A stretch of 64,000 nt of DNA, taken from the NCBI GenBank assembly GCA_977030845.1, contig OZ365116.1, positions 13,144,001 to 13,208,000 of the forward strand, read 5' to 3'. Positions 48,667-63,000 of the stretch are shown here, in pieces. How positions within the stretch are numbered: position 1 is the stretch's first letter; each line of letters starts with the position of its first letter. A program made the position numbers and the translations under genes. The stretch is from Fimbriosthenelais zetlandica (taxonomy: Eukaryota). Below the pieces are notes generated by a model. The model made no database searches. It was not told the DNA's origin and saw only the letters and a list, made by a program, of their open reading frames with translations.

Positions 48667-50377
48667 CACAAACTTGACATCATTGACTATAGAGGGCAGC
48701 AGCATTGATTCTGTTATTTTCACCTCTATCTTTCTTTAATGACCTTTTCTAAAAAGGACAAAGGAATACAAAGACACCTTTACTTTTGTATATATTAGGA
48801 AGATTATGTTGCAAGTTGGAATGAGTATTTCCTTGGAAAGTGTAAGAAGATCGAAGTCTTTAAGGCAATTTTGAAGGATTTATCATTTCAGTAAACTTAG
48901 GTTTTTAGGACTGCAGCTAGTCATTCTAGCAGTAGTGTAGCTTGTACATTCATCGGATTAATGTATATATATATACATAGAATTTTAAATCAGTTTTCTT
49001 TGGTGTGCTTTCAGTTAAGCTCATAAGACCGTTTTCAGCTAGTTCGTTGAGTTCAGACCACACTGTTTTTTTTGGATTGAGCGAAAGCTTATCCACAATA
49101 TTTGGCCCAAGTGGCCATAGCAAACTTTCCATTTCATGACCTTTAAGTTTTTTCATTGCAAGGTCTGTTACGTTAATAGAAGCTAGTAGCATCTTGTTAC
49201 CCACCGCAGAGTTTATATTTCACTCAGTTTCGTTTCTATTCTATCTCTTCATTTTCCTGAATAGCATTAAGAGAATATGAGTTATAGTTGCCATTCATTT
49301 GCTATTGTTCAGCTATTTATTTCAATCGTGTTCTCCCTAGACTTGTCTACATTATTTTTCATGTCGAAACAATTCTCGTCCAAAGAATGATGAACATTCA
49401 AGTGTAAGCATGGTTATGATCTGTTAATGCATGTTGGGGTATCTGACTTTACTTTGCCTCATGTAATTTGGTAAGATCGTATTTTACTGGGGCAAAGTCG
49501 CAAAAAAAACTTCCTTCAGTCTGCTTTCAGACCATCTGTGCATTTGTACGGAACAGAAATATATTATTAATCTATTTACTTACTTAAATAGTGCAAAATA
49601 GACTTTAGGGGGTATTGTTGTACTCGTATAATTTATTTTTATTGACGATATTCTAATGTTTTATGGCCTGGCAAGATTTTCTGAAATCTGGCAGGGAGTC
49701 AGAAATGTGAGAGCAGCTCTCCTATGACGAATTCCTTTTAGCAGTTTATCCTTGCAAGATTAGGGTTAATAATAATGATTATTATGTTTCCCAGGAAATA
49801 ATTTTAATTATGTTTTCGTTAGCATATGTTTTTATAAGCTATCTTTTAACCACTGCCATGAAATTATTAAATATTTTCTCTTTATTTTGAAGAGTGACAG
49901 TTACCTTAACTTTATGATATATGATTGTGCATAATGATTATACTAATAATGTTAAAAAACTAAGACAACTATACATGTTTACATGTTATTTTGAAGTTAA
50001 ATATGCACTAAATTCCGTGAGAAACTGGGTTAAGCATGTAGGATTCCTGTGTATATTACCCATGGTTCACCTTGGTATGTAAGAATGTATGATATATATA
50101 TGTGTACAGATTATGAACGCCATTTTTTATATACAAATGTAATTTTTACCAAATACAGAGTAAATTAAAACATAAATTCCAGATTATCAAATTGAAGAAA
50201 GGGAAATGTTTCCAACTCCAATTCTCACCACCGGAAGCACGGTATAGACACCTATTTAGCAATTCAAACCAAAACTTGATAGATGTCGCTACTGTAGCTA
50301 TATAGGGCAATATTTGACACTCCACGAGTTGTTGCTCATTAGTTTAGTATTATTTATTAATCAGTAATTATTTTATG

Positions 50378-50383
50378 AATAAA
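50378..50383 (+). terminator. Candidate ANKRD6 polyadenylation signal AATAAA (3' UTR about 1.7 kb)
   Basis: AATAAA followed about 25-40 nt later by a T-rich tract (tctgtttttttattttc), at the end of an AT-rich UTR-like stretch. Confidence 0.45.
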
Positions 50384-51211
50384 AATATGTATAAATGATT
50401 TGTGAACTCATCTGTTTTTTATTTTCATTCCAGGGAGTTTTTTTTTATTACGAAATGATGTGTAATGATTTGTAATGATGTGTAATTAATGTAAGTTAGT
50501 CTGGAGCTACGTTTGTGTTACACCCTCAACGTCTTTAGTTAAAACATGCAACAAGCGTATTAGAAGCAGCCATCCTTTACCAATCCGTCAGTTGAGTCAG
50601 TTTCCGCCAGGCACCGTGCTTTATATGCCTTCACCTGGGAATCTATTCCTTCTGTCCATCCATCCTTCATCCCATAATTGACGTAGATGGATGATGTCCC
50701 GATCACATGGTCGTCCCAAGACGTTATTTAATGATGTTAGCACGCCTCCCTGTCAGTCCCAAGTCTCGCACACTTCGTGACCTCAATGAGAAATGACGAG
50801 ATCCGTTGAAAGGTCAGAAAATGATGACAAGTTCAGGAGTATAGAAGTGAACAAGTGATTGCTTTGAGATTGAATCTTGAAAGTTTTTGAGATTAGATGA
50901 ATGAAGGCCAGGCATCGGCCTTTCCCTATTAAAGTGTAGGAATTTTGTTCATTAGTTTACATGGTGAGATATCCTCATGAGAAATAGTGTTTGCAGTGCT
51001 CACTATAGTGGCTTGCAGTTTGCTTTAGCTCCATGCCATGTGAAGCTGCATACATTTCAGAGAATGATCAACCTAGCTTATGGTTGAAGAGAAGCGCCCC
51101 CACCCCCTATTTCTGATACAATGCACTTCCCTCCAGGAGATAAATGAGATGAGGGGACTTAGTGGTCTGATCTTCGCTTCCTGACTTCATGTGACTCTCC
51201 CCAACCACCTG

Positions 51212-51278
51212 TTTAATGACTCGGATCAATGACTTAGATTAATGACCCATTTAATGACCTAGATAAATGACTCAGATC
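51212..51278 (+). repeat. Degenerate 13-bp minisatellite, 5 units with core AATGAC
   Basis: AATGAC at 51215, 51228, 51241, 51253 and 51266. Confidence 0.75.
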
Positions 51279-54200
51279 CTGAACTGCTCGTTACCCTAGT
51301 GATCCAGGAGCACCTCGGGCCTTAGAAGGTCATGAGTGATCTGGTCAATGGGATCTGTTGAATACATGAAGCGACTTCCGTAAATTATGTCTGAAATCAC
51401 TGAGTACCATCCCTCCTGCTTCCTTCTTGGTGAAGAATTCAAGATGGCACAGTTTACCAATAAGATAGCTTCCACTATTAAGTATCAATGTTAAGCCATG
51501 CCGTGGAAATATTAATCGACACGCCGATGGGACTGTTCCATAGAGGAACCAAAGGAAAGTGAAATTGTAGAGAAGCAAGTCTCTTGGTATCATAAATGCA
51601 GAATCTGAGCTATCGCATTAAATGCATGGCTAGCATGAAGTGCTGCTTTCTCGGTTATGGCATCCTATACATGCCAGGCATTTCTCACTTTAATGGCACC
51701 AGAAATCCGAGTACCTCCCCTAACATCATGACTCAGAGCTAGGTGTCGCCCCTTACATCAACCCTAGGGTCATAACCCTAGTCGCCATGCCCACCACCCT
51801 GGTCCTGTTCAAGGTCATCATTTTCCTGGTCATGTGACCCCCATCTGTGCACCTTTCCTTGAGTTATCTGATGTAAACGTCATCGTTTTATGAAGATGCT
51901 GTTGTATGTACGTCATCACTTTCTGGGCACTTTGTTGGGGAGGGACTTCGACACATGATATAATTGGTTTCCATAGCGACAGAGGCTGATGACAAGGTGG
52001 CGTCTGTGAGGCGGCCTTGGACCACCGGTAGGCCTGCTGTGGCGCCCTCTCACGACCTATGTCAGGTTTCATTCGACAATTTTAACATAGGGAAAAAAGA
52101 TGCTCTTTTTAAAATAGGATATTTTGGATAGTATCCTGCATACTGAATATTGAACCCTTTTGAATTCTTTCTACATCCCCACTTTAACATTCCCATAGAG
52201 GTTCCTTTATATGTAAGCAATTACTCCAGATGTCTGTCTATATGGGTGAACACTGGACTGAAGGTGAATAGGTGTTTAGCATATTTATCGTATAGGCTAT
52301 GATCACGATCGATGACCTTATAGGTTGTTTGGCGGGTCGGGTCTGGCCCATGCGCATTCGGTACATACAAACTTATATATATTTCAGGCAATTGGTCAAG
52401 TTGAATTGTTTGGGGGCCTGGGTGAAATTAGATATCACACATAGCATTTGTATACCTATACCCATAGAGGTACAGGTTCGACCCAATGGAAGAGATTACT
52501 ACTTTGCCTTTCGTACAGAAGAGCCATGTTGAAGCGAGGGGACTTGACACAAATCCAGGCTTAAAAGACCTACTTTATTAATTCAGGTAAGAGCACTCTC
52601 ACATGTTTCTATATTTTGAAACGTTTGTTATGATGTGTTCTGAATGTTGGGTTAGAACTATTGATATGGTTTTGCAGCATGGGTATTCAGTTGATGCTGT
52701 GAACGAAAGGGATTGAGCTCGCATTTTCTGAAGGTCTTTACATGTACATGTATGTATATAAAATGTGAATGGGTGTGATATGGATATGTCGTATTGTCAC
52801 CATGAGATGGCTGGGTTTTAGGATACCCATCATCTGAGCTATCAGTGTGGGCATGCTCGCTTTGATCCAGTGTGTTAGATGACTAGATTACAATGACATA
52901 GAGAGAGATGGGATCATTTTTTAGATTATTATCCCCGATATCCTCGTATTAAAGACTAAAAAACAGGTGCCATATAAAAAAATATATCTGGTGTTGAATC
53001 TCATTGGCATGGTAATGGCTCTAGTGTGACCTATGTGTCATAGACTCAAGTACCCCGGATCGTGATATTATGTTCTATGCCTAATTTGCTGTATCATGCC
53101 TCCGAATCAGGATCTGAAATCACATCCGAGAGATAATGCTCTTTTTCCATTGTGTTCTTTTTCACATTCTTTTTTGTTTTTTACACTGATTTTTTTTCTT
53201 TCAAATCATCCCGGATTTAGCATTGAGTCGGCCATCTATATTATGTCAATAGCAGCATAGGAGCACTGTACTTTTCCAATACTGATATTGACATAATACC
53301 ATAATATATTACTGAACATCATATATATGAACTCGTATAATTTCTCACTCGGTTCATCGCCCTGTTTTCACTGGGTGAATTTAGTTCATTCGTTTGTCAA
53401 CAGATGGAGGTTTGCACCCTCTAAGATTGTGCCTATCGACAAGTACTATACCTCAATCCCTCACTTAAACTCATTGCCATTTCCATCAAGTATAGCTATA
53501 AGCATGTATATATTCTCCGTTTGAAAGATGGTGCCGACCATACCATGTCAACAGCCCATAACATACCCAACATCGAGCATCCATCAAATTGTCATATATA
53601 TCAGAAATATTTGATCATATCTAGATACACTATAAAGGTCCCATGATTGGGGACTTGCATTTGTATTTACACTCCTAAAATATCTTCCAATGGATGCTTC
53701 TCCAAAGTTTGAGAGAGAGTGTTGTCAATGTGTTCTTGGTTTTAGAAATAGAGATGCTATAGAGGATGCAATAAGAGGCTTCCAGGGGAGATTATGAGGG
53801 GCTGTTTGTAACAAAAATGTCTGACAATTTGTCTGACAAGTTGTGAGATGTAGGATGATGCTTGCCCCTCGCACCCAGTCATTAATCATCAGACTTCATC
53901 ACTGACTTTCTACCTTTATCTCTACTTCACTTAACAGCTAACCTGGACACTGCTAACATACATGTAGACGACTGTTAGTCTGTGGGGGGTAACATCTCTA
54001 AGCGGGTTGGTCATTATTGCCTTTTTCAGGTCCATGTGTTTGAGTATTTGATAGATATATCATGGGAATTATATTATCTTCCTCTCTAAGGCACTGAGAG
54101 GAAGTTGTTGGACAACTGAGAGCTATGCGCATGCGCACGCGCACATATCTTATCAACTTCCTATATGGGAATTGATGTGATCGTTTGATGCTATATCGTA

Positions 54201-57200
54201 GGATACAGTTTGAGTATTTCAGTTTTGATTATTAATTTATTAATATTAGTTTATTCCCTTCCACTGCTTGTATTAAGTGTCAGTCCTTTAGTCTCATGTG
54301 TGCATGTGTGCGGGCTCTATCTCCCCCTACTCCCATGTGTAACCTTACTCTGTACAGCCATATCTCACCCGTCCACCTCTACCCCTTCATCCATACATAT
54401 CTCATATCTCAGCCACATATCTCTTCTCTCTCTTCCTACATCTCTCTCCCTCTCACTGACATATTTCACACTTCACTCATAACCATTACATCTTACCTCC
54501 ATTTCCCACCCACTGACAGATCGTAAACTCTGCCACACACACTTTACATTTTAATCCAGGTTTTGGGTTTTCCTACAAATTACCTTGCAATTCCTCTATT
54601 ACAGGAAATAGCATTGGGGAATTATGATGTATGGGAGTATAAATTGACTCCGAATGCCTTACATTGTACACGTATAGGCGTGGGGTTTGGGATGCTAATA
54701 CTAATAGAAGTATGATGTTAGAAGCCAAGTTCAAAGGCTGCCATATCGTACTTGCTTACCAGTAGAAGTTATGGGGCCATGCCTTCTCTTCACCTGAATT
54801 TCACGGAAAAATCTCACCTCCATCCATCATGATTTAGCCGTGCGAATGCTTTCTGCATTGTTTGAATATATCATATCAAGCATAGGACCATCTTCTAAAT
54901 TCCGCCAGTTATAGGCTCTTATCAAAAATAGGACAGTTTAGATGTGGCAGATTTCTGAGAGGTCAGCCGCTCCTCCTAGAGGCAGTTTGAGTTGACGGCT
55001 GTCAGGGGGCTATGTCACTTATCATAGCCTTCCTTTAGATCTGAACCTCACGTATTCTTAGCTCACTAGTCTGTTTGATGAAAGATGTTTTGTGATGCAA
55101 GATGGTTTGTCTGATAATTCACTTGGTTTTAGGAGCATTTTAGACATGTATATTATATGTATGACCGGGGAAATGTCACTGGCTTGCAATGCAGGTGCAT
55201 GTTGTCATGAATTCCAGTATGTCTATTATAGAAAGGTCTGTTTTGCATATATATGTGTTTTGCCCATCTCTGATTCTCAAAAGATGACTTAGTCTTTCAA
55301 CCTATCCATTCAATGGAAGGTAAGGGATGGGTGGGTGGGGGGCAGGGGAGGAGCAGGGCACTGGGGAACTGCTCCATACTTTAGCATAGCCTACATGTCC
55401 CAGCAAGTGAGTGACTCATTCCGCCAGATAGATTACCATTCCTGCACCCATATCCGCACATTAAATATTAACTCTCCTTCTTGACAAAAGGAACAAATGG
55501 TCATCATCTAGACATGGCTGATATAGAAAATCATCCACTCTTTTGGGAGAGGGATGAGTAAGAAATATTAGATCTCAAATTGCGTTGAGTTGGCCCCATG
55601 TTTTACCACATTTGAATTTTGTGTAAAGTGCGTAATTTTTTAAAATTCGGTTCTTACAATCCATCCCCCATCCTCGCATCTCCCCTGATATGAGATAGGG
55701 GCAGACCAAAATATTGGATGGAAATTAAATTCAGGAATGTAAATCTTCCTGATCGCTTCTCATCTTGCGAGCATTCTGAAGCCATCGTTTGTTAATCTAT
55801 TTCCCCCTCCACGCCCCATCCTGATTGCAGGCATGCAAATTCCTGGATCCCCAGACCCTCCCCCGATTTGTTTAACCACTTGTTGAGTGATGGGCCCCAT
55901 GCTCTAGTCTTTTATATTGCCACCAGGCTGAGTTATGGCGTGCTCATCACCGATCGTTATTGCATCATAAATAGGGTCACGTGTATGCCCCTTGCCCACG
56001 TGATCAGGTCACATGGGCTGGGGAATGGAGAAGGCACTGTCCCAAGGGCCTTGTTTGTGGGCCGCTTGACACGTTGATAATCAAGGGTAAATAGAACCTG
56101 CAAGAACGATGGCCGCTTAGGATGCCAACAAAATGGAAATGTACTGTGCTTATGGAATATTCATTCCTTTCGCAGGTCAGATTCTGTTGGCACTCTCCTA
56201 TCTCACTGAGATGGTATGAAGGCTATTATTGTAAAGAGGCAATTCCTCAATATCTGTACGTCCTTCATATTGACTTAAAACCATTGCACACCCCATCCAT
56301 TTACTAATGGCTAATGCACATATAAAGTGACTTAAAATGGAATTGAATAGACAGAATAGAGAAGTAGATATATGAGATTAAATTCCTTTTAGCTCGAAGA
56401 GGTCTGCGAAGGGAATAGACAAGCTTTCCATGATCAGTCATATAGGTGGAGAGACGGCACGGCACATATGAAGAAGGCACATCAAAAGGCAATCGATTTT
56501 TGTGTCCGTCTCTCTCTCATAGTGCAGTTTGAAACGATCGATAGGAAGACTATTAAAAAGTGCCTCAATAGAAAACATGACAAAAGGAGGGGAGAAAAGA
56601 TATGTGATGTCTGTAAGACAGTTCCCATCCAGACAAAAAGAGATAAAAGCTGAGTCGAGATATCACATATTCAGTGCATGCAAGCTTGTAAGAATATTGA
56701 ATAACTAGCAGAAAGTCTCATTAGTTACATTGTTGTTTTACTTAGTAACGGGCCTAGTTCCTGGTCTATTTACTTCGAATGTCTACTCAGTAGCCATGCT
56801 TGAACATTCAAGGGTCTTATGGGAAAAACTATTGGTCAGGAAGGGAGAAGAGAAGTTAAAACGGCTGAAGGAGATTATGCCAAAGACCCCAAAAAAGAAA
56901 GAAGAAACAAGAGACATCCAGATTGGCTCATTGTGTCCAGAAAAGGCAGATAAAAATGAAAGTCACGTCGACTAGACTGTAATCTGGTAGATGAGGAAGA
57001 GGAGGCGGATGGTCAAGCACTTGTCAGCTTATACTGACCATCAACCTAAATGCCCGCTTCTGACCCCCATTCCTATACTACTGATGACCAAGGAGGCAGA
57101 AAGGCGATCTGTAGGCTGACCAACACCAGCCCCTAAAGTGGACATGGCTCTATATCTCGCTGTTACTGCCCTCTGGGATGTTTTATTTAAAGAATGTGTC

Positions 57201-57944
57201 TGATTCAGCACTCGGCTGGGCGCTGAGGGATATTGCATCCTTGTTCAATGTTTTAGGGCATTTCCTTTGTGCCACTGTGTCTTCACTATTATATACCGAG
57301 TTCACTCTGGGATGAAATTTGCGCATGGTTTAGTTGAAGTGCACGTCACTTGGCATGTGCTCCAGGCTAGATCTGTCCTTTTACATGATGTAACTGACAT
57401 AAAGAAAAACATTATTATTACACCACAGCTGACGGATTGCCAGAAGGCACCTATCACACCATAGCACTCCACACCCATCGGAAATGTGTGAGACAAATCC
57501 AAACAGATGAAAATATGATATCATAATTATTGTAGTATATAATCTGTTCCATATATATTACACAGTCGCTATAGAGAAAAATGAAGAAACTTTAATACCA
57601 GCTAGTAAGGTTCACTGCAAGTTTAACATTTATTTTAAAGTACTTTTCCATCCATATAGTGTCTGGCATTCAGGGGAAATTGTTTGCAGATTTCATTGCA
57701 TGGTCTTATAAACTACCAGTCTCCCTCCCATTCGATCTCACATTTTATAACAGCTAAACGCCTTGGCTTTATTCCCATTTTTTGCTCATTGCACTCAGTT
57801 ACCCTTATCCCAGAATTTCACTGCCTTGTTCGCCCTCTCCCCCATCTCCCCAAGTCCTGCAGCCCTCCCCATTTTGGCTCGCACTGCACTCTCATTATGT
57901 TTACATCGCTGTAGAACTCTTTAATATAGGGAGATAAAAGAAGC

Positions 57945-58050
57945 CCCCCACTTCCGGCAAACAACCGACGTGATGCGCATGCGCCTTCTCACGTGACAAC
58001 AATGGCTGCCTCGCGCTGTCACATGCTTCAACCAAGGGTCACGTGGTACG
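57945..58050. promoter_or_regulatory. Dense housekeeping-type promoter motif cluster
   Basis: ETS ACTTCCGG at 57950-57957, NRF1 TGCGCATGCGC at 57974-57984, E-box TCACGTGA at 57989-57996, YY1-like AATGGC at 58001-58006 and a second CACGTG near 58040. Target gene unresolved. Confidence 0.6.
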
Positions 58051-59310
58051 GATGCTTGTCGGTTGGCAACAGTAAAGAAGCCCCTTCCGAGAACCTTTTA
58101 ATAAACAAAATGTCGGGGCAGGGAGAGGTGAAAAATAATGAAAGGAATAAAATAGACAAAAAGCTGGTGGTTGTTTGGAAACTGTACTGGCAGGCTTCCC
58201 ATGATAGGTGGCCTTTTTTTGTCACTGTATTACGTCAGTATAAGCCCATGGAATTTTGTTGTTGTGAGTTGAAATATTCAGCAATATCGATCAACGCTTG
58301 AACAAACAGTAATTGCAAGATTTGTGCCTCTCCTCTGGAAATAGAATTTGAAGAGCGGAAGAGTTCAATACCTAAGCACTGGTTGCCACTTTTAAAATGC
58401 CGTTGGTTTTCAAATCGTTTGATTGTTAAGGATTCCCTGTGCAGGCAGCATTGAAGGGGAAGGTGTATTGATTCACCGGAAGTTGGTGGGCTAGTGTTAG
58501 CATCCAACAGATAATGGTTTCGTCCTTAAAATTAAGGTGTTTTCTATAGAACTAAATAACCAAATCCTAGCCCAGCAACAATAGCCTACCTATACAGCAA
58601 ACTTATAATGTTACTGTATTGATTTGTCCCTGACATTTCCCATTCCCACGAAATCATATAGTGAATACCTATAGGAAGTTCCTATTAGGAACTGAATAAA
58701 CGTTATGGGAGGTATATATCATCTTAGGGATGCTGGGGGTGAATTGTATAGGGATTAGGCAGAATAAGAGGAAGTTGAGAGGATGGGGGGTGCGGGTGGT
58801 CTGTTGGGGGAGGAGGGGAGGGTTTTATTCTGGTTGTGGTGAGGGAGGGGGGGAGGGGGGATGGAGGAAGCAAAGCCCGTGATTTATCATACCCTTCTCA
58901 CTACTCGATGCAGCTGTCACCTGCCTGTCTTTTGGACCATTACAGTATCATGTTGTCTTCAACTATATGTTCCATTTTGTTTCTTCCATAGCAGTGGGTT
59001 CTGATTATAACTGGAACTCCAACCTGTGAGTCTGTGACGATTCAAGCAAAGATAGATTATGAGGGAGGGGTTCTTTTGGAAGAAGAATGAGACTGGAATT
59101 CATCAAGGTTAGCTGAAATCTGATGTCCATACTGCCAAGTGTTACGACACCGAGTCTATGTATGTCTACACGTCTATATGGCTGGCGGGATTAAAGCCTA
59201 CAGCTACTGACAGATATGGACAAGCTTCATTACCCAACCAACGACAGGCCTGAGGCGAGAGACAGATGAATACACTAGACTGATTATAGCTTCCAAATAA
59301 AATACCATAC

Positions 59311-59395
59311 AGAGAGAGAGAGAGAGAGGGAGAGAGGCAGGGAGTGAGAGAGAGGCAGGGGTGGGGAGAGGGGGATGGAAAAGGGTGAGATAAGT
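59311..59395 (+). repeat. (GA)n / purine-rich low-complexity tract
   Basis: Direct reading. Confidence 0.85.
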
Positions 59396-61299
59396 ATAGG
59401 GAGAAAAGAGTCAGGCAGGGAAAAGGGGTGATGGTTGTCTAACAATGGCTACAGAAGGCAATATGCAAAGCATGCACCACTACTAGGGCTATTTTGGACT
59501 TTCTCCTCTGGTGTCTATTCTCAAATTCTGTCACATGTTCTTGATTATATACCCTAGTGTTCCCATGGTAACATTTTCCTCTAGGTTTTCTAAGTTGAAA
59601 GCTTTATTTTATATATTTATAACGCATAGGAGTTGCATAACATACCGTGCATCTAAAGTGTGCTTTAAGAAATCTTAAATCAAATTATATTATTTTTGCT
59701 TGTCTGTTTTGTAGTTCACCGTCGGTTAAAACCATCCCTAACTAAGAATATCCTAGCCTTTTTCTGATGTTAGACCATTGAATTATTGGCCTCATCTCTC
59801 TTTGTCCTTTGACATTTGAACAGAACCAATTAAGTTCTTAATGTCGCTTTTTTTTGTAATTTGTCCAAAACAGTTTGCTATTCTCAGCTTGAAATGTTCC
59901 AGGATCTTGACAACACCATTCTTTGTGATTTTCTCTCTAATGTTTCATTCCTATTTTCCCTTTTCTCCTGCGTTTCATCATGATTCCATCCGTCAACTCC
60001 CTTTCCCATTAAATGTGCCCTATCTTGCCCCCATCCCAACTCCTTAATTGCCTCTGCCTCCACCATACCCCTCTGTCTCACTGTCTCTCTCCCCGCCCCT
60101 CTCTTTCTATCACATCACAGACACACCGCCCCTCTCAACCCTCCAACCCGGACGTAATGGATCCCGTCTGTGGGAGGGGCCTGAATACCATATCTCACCA
60201 CAGATACCACGCCCATCTTGGTCTTGATTGACAGCCAGATAGAACATCAGAGGCCCAGTAATACACCGCCTCTCTCACTACTCAAAATATAGTCCCTCTC
60301 TTTAAAACCCTTTAACAAATTCCACCAATACTTAACCTGCCAATTCACTCCACCCTTTATGCTCGGTTTCAAATCTGCTATTCCCAGAATCATTTTAAGC
60401 AGATTCCACTTCATTTTCCTGTGTGTAGAGACTTTTGGAGGGGTGGAGGGATACCTTGTTTTGGGTGTAAGAAGGCCAGCACTAGAGCATGGCCAGGATG
60501 GTGTGGGGAAGGCAGGTATCCACCCTCAGTCAATCCTTGCTACTCCTCCAATATACATAGAACACAATACTATTCCTTAATGGACATCCACAGGGATACA
60601 CTACCACTAGTCACATCTGTGGCTAAATGATCCCAACCTTTCAATCCATAGAACTGTGGACTAACCATCTGTACCAACCAACCCCCAATACACAGGTTGA
60701 GGGAAGGGGTATATGTACAGAACCCTGTGGAGTACTGGAGCTGAAGCACCCCTCTTTGCTATACTATAGCGAGCTCTCTCAATGTGTAAGGGGTATAAGT
60801 TACATGGGGTGTGTGAGAGGGTGTATATCTGACACCACAAACACCACTCACACATCCTCATCCACACATCACTACACAAGAGGCTAGAGACTTTGGGATT
60901 TAAATCCTAGATACATAGGCATATCATCTATATATACACGTGGATTCAGAGCGTTTGAGCTGTTGGAAAGGTACCTACGTGCTATATCAGTGATAAAAGG
61001 TTTTGGACTGATAGCAGGGGAGTGGAGGAGTTAGAGCTAGCCCTCACATGTTCTGATAAGCTATGTGTATTAACTACACCTTGACTCTGTGATACACAGG
61101 TAAAGCTTAGTGATACCATTCATCGACTGATAGAGCATACTTTGATATCCCAACTATGTGGCTACCTATTAAGACTTTCTAGAAAAAACGACTCTTGAGT
61201 TCATCTGGGCTTACATACGAGATCAACACTCCACACTTTCATTCTCCTCCACTGGAACAGTAAGATAAACCGTCACCTTTAAGAGATCAACTATTGAAG

Positions 61300-63000
61300 G
61301 TCCCAGTAGCTTTACTTCGCAATATAAAAACAGCGAAATCCACTTTTCTTTAAGCTTTTGTCTGAAGGAGTCGATACCGGATAAATCCATCAATATACAT
61401 CTTCTGATCTTGAGTGCAGGAACCCAAGTCCCAGTCAGGATCAAGGTGTGAGAGTACAAAGGGAAACATTGGATCAATATTGTAAAGGGACACCATTATA
61501 ATAGGCACCATTATCCTGGACCAGCTACTGGAGTGGTATTTATAAACTTAATAAAGAGATTGTGAGTGACAGCTCAATTACAGAGTGGAGAGGCGGGATA
61601 TATGCTTAATAACAAGGCTGGTAGACTGACAATAACCTACCACTGGGCCAGCATAATTCATGGCCTAATATCTTTCTGATTTTTATCAGTCTGGTTTCGG
61701 TTGCATCAGTGCTTTCTTGAAGACATCCCAAGGTGCGTCAACAAAAGACGAAAAGACCCAGCAAAAGTTTATTGATGATAGTTTTGAAGCAGAGGATTTA
61801 AAAATAGTCAAATTATTCCGCTATGGCCTGCTCCCGTGTTTATAATGACAAGATAAGAGCCGGTTATTATATGTTGGACACTAGTTTGGTTTTATGATAA
61901 CTCTCAGACAGTTGTGAATAGCAGTGAGTGTTATATCGACAGGATTTATGTTCTGGGAGATAAAGCCTTTTACATACCGACCCATTCTGCATGACTGCTC
62001 TCAGGCTGAGAGATAAATTACGGGTGATTAAGTCGGGGAGGACATGGTTCACTGAGTCAGTTACTTATTGACTTAAACGGGCGCTACATTACCGTGAAGT
62101 CCGCTTCCCATTAACAAGGCAACCATCTTCTCGGAGAGCAAGTATACACCAAACACATTACGGAGATTAACTTTATCTGGATGCACCTGTAAGTCAGAAG
62201 GTTGTTCTTTCAGTAGTCACATACCTGAGCTATTGGACAAAGACCCCATTAAAGAACATTTATTCTGTCTCAATACCACCTGGAGTTGAATAATATATAC
62301 GCAACTGCCTTGGCACATATATGCGAATTTAAAATTATCAGCAAATCTCTTCATTTGGATTCATACTACATGATCCTTTAAAATCGTTTGATCTCTGACA
62401 TATTAGTCTTTAAAGGAGCATAAACGCAGTTCCTTTTGTTAACAGCATATATGGTTTAGCAAGAGCCAATCTCTTGATCATAAACTTTGAACAACTGCCT
62501 GCTCTTCGTATCTTATTGAACCGCAGGCAGGCGTATACCACATTAGAGTTCTTTTAGCCAGGGATTGAACTTGTGTAGTGTGGAGCCTTTAAGCTGAGTG
62601 TATAGACTTGGTGATGCTAGATAGCCTTGTGGAACTCCCCAACCTTTGATGTTCACCCAAGAGCAAGGATCATTTTCAGTCTTGATCTCTGTATCGACCT
62701 TATCATTCTTGTCTTTGATCCAAGATTAATCCATAAGCCCAACTCCGCCATTCATAAACAAACAGAAAAATAAGAGATAAGCCAAATTACATATACCTGA
62801 GCTGGTACCAGCTTTGGATACAACATTCTCCTTTCAGTTATCAACAGCTTTATCAAACCGCATCTATGTAGTACATGACTATTACTAGGGAGATCATAGC
62901 CTTATCTCCTTTTTCAAAGATTACACCAAAGGCAGTGTTATCAGGGAGGGCATGTTCTGAAGTGCTTGACTCACAAATATTGGATCCAGTTGTTGGATGT
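61300..63000 (-). mobile_element. Heavily decayed non-LTR (CR1/L2-like) reverse-transcriptase remnant
   Basis: The minus strand shows, in RT order and with stops/frameshifts: FDKAVD (62857-62840, cf. FxKAFD), SWVNIKGWGVPQG..SP (GVPQG at 62638-62624), xDTK (62512-62504, cf. ADDTK), LQVHPDK (about 62190) and SGIDSFRQKLKEKW (about 61360). Motif spacing is imperfect; identified by eye only. Confidence 0.4.

Noticed and set aside
56730-56975. Lys/Glu-rich 81-aa ORF
   Set aside because: Purine-rich composition explains the open frame; no splice or homology support.
58675-58693. GAAGTTCCTATT-AGGAACT resembling an FRT site
   Set aside because: The 8-bp spacer and full arms are absent. It is explained as nested short palindromes, with no other vector sequence nearby.
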